From a virus, in IMG/VR virus record IMGVR_UViG_3300044971_002889: 64,000 nt of DNA; one strand, 5' to 3'. Shown piece by piece: positions 57,973 through 64,000 of this stretch. The position numbers and the translations under genes are program-made. The notes beneath the pieces are model-generated. The model was given only the letters and a program-made list of their open reading frames with translations, was not told the origin of the DNA and made no database searches. Each line of letters opens with the position of its first letter. Within the stretch, counting starts at the first letter, position 1.

Positions 57973-58221
57973 TTATGACGATTTCCAAGATGTTCCATAT
58001 GTTGGTTCAGTTCCGTAGTCCCAATCATCATAATCTTCATCATTACGAATTTTTTCATGCAATTCTTGTTGTTTTTTTAAGTCATGACGAGGTGCAAGGT
58101 CATGCATAACTTCTTGAATTACTCTTTTTTGTGGTTGAGATTGATAATCAGTTGCAAGATGGGTGGTTCCCCACATCTCTTTCATGTATTCCCAATCTCT
58201 ATCAACTGGTAAATTAGACAT
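57973..58221 (-). CDS. Hypothetical cyanophage protein
   Basis: 82-aa ORF with AGGAG RBS. Confidence 0.7.
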   Translation of the reverse strand: MSNLPVDRDWEYMKEMWGTTHLATDYQSQPQKRVIQEVMHDLAPRHDLKKQQELHEKIRNDEDYDDWDYGTEPTYGTSWKSS

Positions 58222-58288
58222 TTTAGCTCCTGTTTTAATGAATAAAACAGAACTTTTATAAAGGAGGTTGCTATCTCCTTATATCTAT

Positions 58289-58615
58289 TTAACGATCTAT
58301 CTCACGGATGGAATATGAGTCTGAATTGAGGTATTTTAGGATCTCAATGGCAATTAATTTGGGATTTCCTTCTCCACAAGTATAAACATCAACTGCTAAA
58401 CACCCATTTTCTGGCCATGTATGACACGAAACATGACTTTCTGCTAATGCTATAACAACTGTACATCCCTGAGGAAGAAAACAATGTGAAAATGTGTTCA
58501 AAATCGTCATTTTTGCACGATTTATTCCCTTAATCATAGCATTTTGAAGCGATTCTACATCATTAATCGCTTCAAAATCAACATTGTACACCTCTAAGAG
58601 CAGGTGTTTACCCAT
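58289..58615 (-). CDS. speD: Pyruvoyl-dependent S-adenosylmethionine decarboxylase proenzyme
   Basis: GKHLL, F.PQG.T, LAESHVSCHTWPE, DVYTCG. Confidence 0.9.
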   Translation of the reverse strand: MGKHLLLEVYNVDFEAINDVESLQNAMIKGINRAKMTILNTFSHCFLPQGCTVVIALAESHVSCHTWPENGCLAVDVYTCGEGNPKLIAIEILKYLNSDSYSIREIDR

Positions 58616-58654
58616 TGAGTATTGTTCCAATTCAGTTTTACACAAAAAAAATAT

Positions 58655-59254
58655 TTATTTTACCCAAAATCCCAGACGTTCGTAACTTTTATCTTCAATG
58701 AAACGATATCCTTCACTATTTTTTTCTATTTTTTCTCCCCATACTGGTATTGCGACTGTATTTTGATATCTAAAATTTGGATTTCTTCTAAATTGAACTT
58801 CAATTAAATGACTTCCAATGAATTCACAATTAATCCATTCATATTTTTTGTTTAAATTTTTCAAAATTTCAGGAAAATCTATTTTTCTTTCAATTTTTTC
58901 CCATTTTTCCCATTGATGAATGGGATCATCTTCATTTTTTGTACCTAAAATTGTTAAATCTTGCTGTTCCCAATGAAAATCAACACTTAAATGTTCACCT
59001 TCGAAGATTTCACACCAAAATTCTGATGGATGTATATCATCTGTTCTTTTTTCAATCCATTCTTTACGAGCAAGACGGCTCATTCCAAACAAATTAAAAG
59101 ATGGACGTACAATATAAAAGTCGGGTTTGGGAACTGTGGTTCCGGCAGGACCACAAGTATAACCTAAACGCCGACTTAGAAATAGTTTATTATAAACCCA
59201 GAGGTCTGATGGATGTATTTGATTCCATTCATCATCACACTCTAAGTAATACAT
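58655..59254 (-). CDS. ATP-grasp-like protein
   Basis: IVRP..NL.GMS, E.FEGEHLSVD, NCEFIG..LIEVQFR pattern. Confidence 0.5.
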   Translation of the reverse strand: MYYLECDDEWNQIHPSDLWVYNKLFLSRRLGYTCGPAGTTVPKPDFYIVRPSFNLFGMSRLARKEWIEKRTDDIHPSEFWCEIFEGEHLSVDFHWEQQDLTILGTKNEDDPIHQWEKWEKIERKIDFPEILKNLNKKYEWINCEFIGSHLIEVQFRRNPNFRYQNTVAIPVWGEKIEKNSEGYRFIEDKSYERLGFWVK

Positions 59255-59409
59255 TATCCTTTACCTTGACCTCTATACTTTTTACGTGCTCCATTGCGAG
59301 AAGACGCAGCATATTTAGTTCCTCCTCCCATTCCTTGACGAGACTTCTTAGGAGGCCCTGGAATATAAGAACCATTCTTACTCAATCCACCTTTTGCTTT
59401 TGTTGCCAT
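59254..59409 (-). CDS. 51-aa Gly/Lys/Arg-rich basic peptide
   Basis: Manual translation MATKAKGGLSKNGSYIPGPPKKSRQGMGGGTKYAASSRNGARKKYRGQGKG; TAATG coupling to the next gene. Confidence 0.65.
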   Translation of the reverse strand: MATKAKGGLSKNGSYIPGPPKKSRQGMGGGTKYAASSRNGARKKYRGQGKG

Positions 59410-59573
59410 AATTGATTCTCCATTAAAATTTCAGTTTCAAGATCTTCAGGTCTTGGAGAACCTGTCTGATAAAAATCTATCGACAAGTCCTCCATAATAT
59501 TGAAATATTCTTCCTCAGTAAGACCAGTATATATTCTACGACCCTTACAAAGGATATTGTAAGATTCTGCCAT
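59382..59573 (-). CDS. Conserved hypothetical protein
   Basis: IY..LTEEEYF..MEDL...FY.TG.P. Confidence 0.65.
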   Translation of the reverse strand: MAESYNILCKGRRIYTGLTEEEYFNIMEDLSIDFYQTGSPRPEDLETEILMENQLWQQKQKVD

Positions 59574-59577
59574 TGTA

Positions 59578-60336
59578 TCAGATCACTCTTGTTTTTTCGT
59601 GTCCAACGCGAATGCGAGGATCACACCAGATTTCAAAACCTGCTTCTTTTGCATCGAGGCAGAATGATACATCTTCTCCACACATGTCTTGAACTTGTCC
59701 AGATTCAAAGACTTGCATCTTTGGAGCAAACCAAGGATACTTGATTTCTGGATGTTCAAATACTCCATTCTTAATCAGAAGCCATCCAAACCCTGCATAG
59801 TCAACTGTAAATGGTTTACGACGCTTTGAGATACTCTCAACGGTTTCGTGATTCATCACACCACCATTACCTCTAAAGTCATCCTCATCCAACCAGTGTG
59901 CCACTGAGGTTGTATGACCATCTTCTGTTGCATACCATCCAGAAGCGATGTCCTTATCCATCAGAACAAGTTGCCAGAATTTTTCTGTATTGAAAACAAT
60001 ATCAGAGTCAATCCAAAGTTGCCAATCATAATTGAGTTTGCCATCCCAGGGAATCTGATCAGGCCCACGCAGTACATTCGCACCTAAACATTTGCATCTT
60101 GCAAAGTTTACCATGGATGAATAGTCCTGCGAGATCTGGATGCTTGCTCCCGATTGTACAATATCAAAACACAGTTGTACAAAGTTTTTTAGATAGGTAT
60201 ATGAGACTCCTCTTCCAGGAAGACAAAAGACAATGGATTTTCCCTTCACCATTTCTCTTGCTAAATTATAGTCCCATTCTTGTGTAGTCTGTGAGGCAAC
60301 TGGTGCCTTTGCTTTTACGGTAAAACCCTTGGCCAT
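59578..60336 (-). CDS. GT-A fold glycosyltransferase-like protein
   Basis: LWIDSDI, GFGWLLIK..VF, GEDVSFC, VGHEK; promoter TTGACT-17-TATGAT at 60389-60361. Confidence 0.75.
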   Translation of the reverse strand: MAKGFTVKAKAPVASQTTQEWDYNLAREMVKGKSIVFCLPGRGVSYTYLKNFVQLCFDIVQSGASIQISQDYSSMVNFARCKCLGANVLRGPDQIPWDGKLNYDWQLWIDSDIVFNTEKFWQLVLMDKDIASGWYATEDGHTTSVAHWLDEDDFRGNGGVMNHETVESISKRRKPFTVDYAGFGWLLIKNGVFEHPEIKYPWFAPKMQVFESGQVQDMCGEDVSFCLDAKEAGFEIWCDPRIRVGHEKTRVI

Positions 60337-60385
60337 TTTTCAATACTAATGTACATTCATATCATACAATATTATCTATAAGAAG

Positions 60386-60556
60386 TCAATCCGCCTCAGT
60401 TAAAATTACTTCACCCCCATCGATTGTAAACTTGATTTTTGTATCCTCATACCATGAGAGTTCATTCATAATTTGCTCTGGGATTGTGATGTAATAGTCT
60501 CCACTAATTGGATCAACCTCTATGGATTCAAAAATATCTCCGGAATTTTTTTTCAT
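60386..60556 (-). CDS. AbrB/MazE-like small DNA-binding protein (56 aa)
   Basis: Manual translation ...GDYYITIPEQIMNELSWYEDTKIKFTIDGGEVILTE. Confidence 0.6.
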   Translation of the reverse strand: MKKNSGDIFESIEVDPISGDYYITIPEQIMNELSWYEDTKIKFTIDGGEVILTEAD

Positions 60557-60771
60557 TTTTTGTGAAACCTTTTTTCGTTTTTATATATGGGCGAATTTTT
60601 TTATTTTTGAGTCTTATATAAAGATCGCTTGGGTAACACTTTGTAGGTTAGGGTAGTGTTGCGTTTTTATATCGCACCCCATGGGCACCGCAACCGCGCC
60701 ACCCTAACTGTCAAACACGAACGAACATAGGGCGGCAGAGTATAAAGAACTGCCGCCCACGAACGTATAAA

Positions 60772-61053
60772 TTAAGCGCCCAATTCTCCCAGACGAAGTG
60801 CTATCTTATGGCACGCAATCCGCCGCCCGTTCAGTGTGAACGTGTGGCGACGATTGCCGTTCTTGGTAACTTTAACCGTGCAACCTAGCACTATGTCGTG
60901 GGGAGGATTGCCCTCACCAGCATAACCCTGGCAGTGCAATTCTGCCTCTCCGATCATACCGTCGCCGTGCAATCCTCCACGGTTAATAGAGTCGATTGCG
61001 AACTGTTCAACGTCACGGATACGTTGGAAGTTCTCGTTAAATGTAGAAAGCAT
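60772..61053 (-). CDS. Early-region hypothetical protein
   Basis: ATG preceded by the repeated CACCACAC leader. Confidence 0.6.
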   Translation of the reverse strand: MLSTFNENFQRIRDVEQFAIDSINRGGLHGDGMIGEAELHCQGYAGEGNPPHDIVLGCTVKVTKNGNRRHTFTLNGRRIACHKIALRLGELGA

Positions 61054-61077
61054 GGGTCGAAAGTGTGGTGAAAAGTG

Positions 61078-61281
61078 TCAGAAAAGAACGCGAACTTTAA
61101 TCTGGTTTTTTGACTCTAACCCACCGTTAGAGTTTAAGATACCTACGCTGAGGCATTTGTTATACAAACCCATGTAGAGTTTGCCTACGCTAAGACCTAA
61201 GATCTCATCCCATTCTGCACACTTAGGGTTGAAATTAAAGTAAAAGAACTCAGAAAAGTGCAGCGGTGTGGTGATACGCAT
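61078..61281 (-). CDS. Early-region hypothetical protein
   Basis: Start trimmed to MRITTPL, preceded by the same leader motif. Confidence 0.5.
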   Translation of the reverse strand: MRITTPLHFSEFFYFNFNPKCAEWDEILGLSVGKLYMGLYNKCLSVGILNSNGGLESKNQIKVRVLF

Positions 61282-61342
61282 GATGAAAAGTGTGGTGAAA
61301 AGTGGAAAGAAAGGGGTGAGAATGTCACCCCTTAAGTGTAAC

Positions 61343-61651
61343 TCAGCGATCGGATTTGCGAACCGTGATAAACGGTGCCCCGATGGATTCTTCACACTTA
61401 CCTTGTGAGATTCCAGTCTCTTTGAGTAAGGTGATCTGTGCATTCAACGCTTTATCAGTTACCTTGACTGAGCGTTTGCCTTTGTTCAGTGTGACCGAAC
61501 CCCAGCAGGTTTTAACCGTCTGAGGTTCTTCAATCAGCGCAATCATCTGCGCTTTGAGAGAATCAACGCGCTGTTTAGCAGCGTCCGCGTCTTCCATTGC
61601 CTGCAAAAGTGCGGGCAAAAGTGTTTCAATCTGACCGACAATAAGTGTCAT
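61343..61651 (-). CDS. Early-region coiled-coil protein (weakly Gam/Gp157-like)
   Basis: Coiled coil, then TVKTCWGSVTL. Confidence 0.5.
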   Translation of the reverse strand: MTLIVGQIETLLPALLQAMEDADAAKQRVDSLKAQMIALIEEPQTVKTCWGSVTLNKGKRSVKVTDKALNAQITLLKETGISQGKCEESIGAPFITVRKSDR

Positions 61652-61965
61652 GGGTCTTGAAAAGTAAGGGACAAAAGTGAACCTAAACCGCAAACCTTAA
61701 GGTATGAAATACGGCGATAGGTGATCAGTGCACCCGCGCGACCCGACCCGCGCAGCGCCTCCGCGCTGCGCCCCATCGCCGTATTTGTTTTTCAAGGTTC
61801 GCCTGCTCACTGTAAGGGCAACGCCTGCAGGGGTCAAACGCAAACGGTATCGCCCTGATACCAAAAAACAGATCCGACTGATCAGCGATCCTAATGGGCA
61901 AACGCTTGACGGATCGGGCACTGGTGTGGTTGGGATCGCAGCAGCGTCAGGCAGTTTGTATAAAG

Positions 61966-62185
61966 AACTCAAACACCACTGATTTAATTTAACTCAAACA
62001 GTGCTAAGTGAATTTAACTCAAACAGTGTTGTCTTAATTTAACTCAAACACCACTGATTTAATTTAACTCAAACAGTGTTGTCTTAATTAAACTCAAACA
62101 CCACTGATTTAATTTAACTCAAACAGTGCTAAGTGAATTTAACTCAAACAGTGTTGTCTTAATTAAACTCAAACAGTACTGAGTA
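61966..62185. repeat. 25-bp period tandem array (9 cores)
   Basis: Core AATT(T/A)AACTCAAACA plus 10-bp variable parts in the order A,B,C,A,C,A,B,C,D. Confidence 0.93.
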
Positions 62186-62320
62186 TAAAGAATAAGACAG
62201 GACTGAATGTAAAGAATAAACCACACCACTGACAATAAATTACATTCAATCCTGAGTTATTCTTTATACTCAGAAAAAAGTATAAAGAATAAAGAACTAC
62301 TACAGATTCATTCTTTATAC
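62179..62320. repeat. Two adjacent inverted repeats
   Basis: CTGAGTATAAAGAATAA (62179-62195)/TTATTCTTTATACTCAG (62257-62273) with inner arms; GTATAAAGAAT/ATTCTTTATAC (62280-62320). Confidence 0.85.
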
Positions 62321-62479
62321 AAACTTAGCAGGAGATCCACAAGATTTGTAGAATGCAATCATTCTTTCTGCCTCTTCTTTTGTGGTGAAAGATTGTGTGC
62401 GCCATTCACAATTATTGTATGGTGATTGGAACTTAATTGTGTAACCAATTGAGTTAATCTCGCGGGTGTTGTTGTGCAT
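62315..62479 (-). CDS. Small early-region protein
   Basis: WRTQSFTTKEEAERMIAFYKSCGSPA. Confidence 0.6.
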   Translation of the reverse strand: MHNNTREINSIGYTIKFQSPYNNCEWRTQSFTTKEEAERMIAFYKSCGSPAKFV

Positions 62480-62511
62480 GAATCTAGTTGTGATTGTGTG
62501 TTGTTGTGTGT

Positions 62512-62606
62512 ATCTCGATCGAGATTGTATGATGCACATTCTCGACGAGATTGTATGATGAATGTGTGTACATCTCGTCGAGATAATGTGTGCGCTCTCG
62601 ACTAGA
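62512..62606. repeat. Four short palindromes TCTCG-N(1-2)-C(G/T)AGA
   Basis: At 62512, 62540, 62572 and 62596; two are followed by TTGTATGATG. Confidence 0.75.
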
Positions 62607-62754
62607 TTTTTGCCTTTGCTTTTCTTACATCACGAATGAAGTTTAGGTAATTGATGCGTGTGGTTTTTTCTAATTCTGCACACTCATCTGTACGATGTCG
62701 ATGCCATTCTGCAAAGGCAGATTGCCACTCAGATTTAAGATTTAAGGTGTCCAT
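62602..62754 (-). CDS. 50-aa early-region protein
   Basis: Manual translation MDTLNLKSEWQSAFAEWHRH...KAKAKI; TGATG coupling. Confidence 0.5.
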   Translation of the reverse strand: MDTLNLKSEWQSAFAEWHRHRTDECAELEKTTRINYLNFIRDVRKAKAKI

Positions 62755-62909
62755 CAGTAGTGGTGGTGTGACATAACATTGTTGGGATCATTATACCACT
62801 CAGAATGTTCATAAGATTCTGACATTCTGAGCATAAGATCGTCGGTCAATGTAACCATTCCGGTGGTTACTAACTGCAGGATTTCTTCAGCGGTAAGAAA
62901 GGTTTGCAT
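62754..62909 (-). CDS. 51-aa early-region protein
   Basis: Manual translation MQTFLTAEEILQLVTTG...WYNDPNNVMSHHHY. Confidence 0.55.
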   Translation of the reverse strand: MQTFLTAEEILQLVTTGMVTLTDDLMLRMSESYEHSEWYNDPNNVMSHHHY

Positions 62910-62972
62910 GGTGATAGTTGGGGGGGGGAGAGAGGAGGAGATCGATCGAATCCCCTCCCAGAGTATAAAGAA

Positions 62973-63170
62973 TCAGAGGAGATTCATTGCCCAAACATTA
63001 TACTCACCAAAGTCAATTCTCTCCCATTCCATGTGACCGTATTCTGTCACAAACTCATTGGAGAGTTTGAGTAATTTAGCGGTGATCATGGCATGGTGCC
63101 ATGGCACTGTGCCGTTGCTGGGATCCATGTAGGACTGGAGAGCAAGAAGGCGGTGGCGGTTGGTGATCAT
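62973..63170 (-). CDS. 65-aa early-region protein
   Basis: ATG preceded by TCAGTTCACACCACACCACC. Confidence 0.6.
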   Translation of the reverse strand: MITNRHRLLALQSYMDPSNGTVPWHHAMITAKLLKLSNEFVTEYGHMEWERIDFGEYNVWAMNLL

Positions 63171-63205
63171 GGTGGTGTGGTGTGAACTGAGAGAAGTCTA
63201 CAGGG

Positions 63206-63373
63206 TCAGCGGCGGATCATCTCAGCGGCGGTGGACAATGCCTCACCTGTCACACTACGGATGGGGCGGATCGGTTCCCAAAACCAGTAGAGCAGCAGAG
63301 CAGCGATCAGAACCTTAAGCATGGTCTGGCGATGGTAGGAAGCGGAACGGGAGCGGGTGAGAGCATTCAGCAT
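63206..63373 (-). CDS. 55-aa membrane peptide
   Basis: Manual translation MLNALTRSRSASYHRQTMLKVLIAALLLYWFWEPIRPIR... Confidence 0.5.
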   Translation of the reverse strand: MLNALTRSRSASYHRQTMLKVLIAALLLYWFWEPIRPIRSVTGEALSTAAEMIRR

Positions 63374-63410
63374 GGCAGGATGTTGGGGGGATTGCTCCCC
63401 CCGTAGAGGT

Positions 63411-63671
63411 TCAACCGATCAGCGCAGCGATCAGGCGATCCCGCTTACGGATGGCAGCAGGGTAGATGAACCATGCGCCACGCTTGCCGTTGCTGGTACG
63501 GATGGCGTCTAGGATGCCCTCCCGCTCCATCTCAACCATCAGAGCGTGAACGGTGCCCTTATGCTTGCGGGGATTGAGACCCATGCCGCTCACGATCTCA
63601 GAGCATGTTTGCGGACCATTCTGAATCAGGGTGGCGCGGACGGCAGCGCGGATGATGGTGCGGAAGTTCAT
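63411..63671 (-). CDS. Winged-helix DNA-binding protein
   Basis: L..NGPQTCSEIV..MGL.....GTV..L..EMEREGIL; promoter TTGACC-17-CATACT upstream. Confidence 0.6.
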   Translation of the reverse strand: MNFRTIIRAAVRATLIQNGPQTCSEIVSGMGLNPRKHKGTVHALMVEMEREGILDAIRTSNGKRGAWFIYPAAIRKRDRLIAALIG

Positions 63672-64000
63672 CGGGTGGTGTGGTGAACTGATACCAGTAT
63701 GGGGGCAAAGGGTGCAAAGGTCAACCCTCCGAACCATAATGATTGCTGATCGGTCAGGGGGTTGACTGGGGGTGCGGATGCCGTGCTAGGATTGAGGTAG
63801 AACCTTTTTTTGTGCTTGTGCCAATCTGCGAACTGTCCACTGCTGGGGTCTTATGGGGTGGTGGTGCCTGTAGGATAATGGGACAATCGAAAGAGAGCGG
63901 GGGTACGCTTGATGATGAAATGGTCGCCACGCCCCCTGCCAACTTTTTTTAGGGAAAAAAGTATAAAGAAAGGGGGCGAAAGTTGCCCCCCTGAATTATA

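Noticed and set aside
61697-61982. Overlapping 91-aa (minus) and 84-aa (plus) ORFs
   Set aside because: Non-ATG starts, Pro/Arg-rich low-information sequence, no leader motif; more likely regulatory DNA
61966-62185. CRISPR array
   Set aside because: The 15-bp core and 10-bp spacers are too short, spacers recur, and no cas genes are present
63743-63952. Short ORFs on both strands
   Set aside because: The region is dense in promoter-like boxes, and no coding signal is convincing

Overview
This is a 64 kb segment of an AT-rich T4-like cyanophage (cyanomyovirus) genome, almost entirely on the minus strand and using the standard genetic code. In transcription order (right to left) it has four parts. 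(1) About 60.6-64 kb is a more GC-rich, early-type region of tiny ORFs with a 25-bp repeat array, long inverted repeats and recurring motifs. (2) About 58-60.6 kb holds speD, an ATP-grasp-like gene, a GT-like gene and an AbrB-like gene. (3) About 30.2-58 kb is the virion module: gp25, gp6, giant gp7-like, gp8, giant DUF4815/VrlC-like, gp13, gp14, gp15 and gp16, with a hidden NblA-like ORF. (4) About 0-30 kb is an accessory island downstream of gp16; no gp17 is visible in the window. The island holds probable internal-head proteins, a nuclease, a secreted-protein operon divergent from a lysozyme, and nine tRNAs interleaved with four unannotated structured RNAs and about eight 2OG-Fe(II)/Asp-hydroxylase-type oxygenases plus a radical SAM enzyme. 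It also holds a glycan operon (gmd, fcl, GT11 alpha-1,2-fucosyltransferase, ABO-like GT6, GT4, GT25, HAD-nucleotidyltransferase), a host-type SLH porin, two hli genes, petF and a peroxiredoxin. All calls come from reading motifs by eye; no database searches or folding programs were run.
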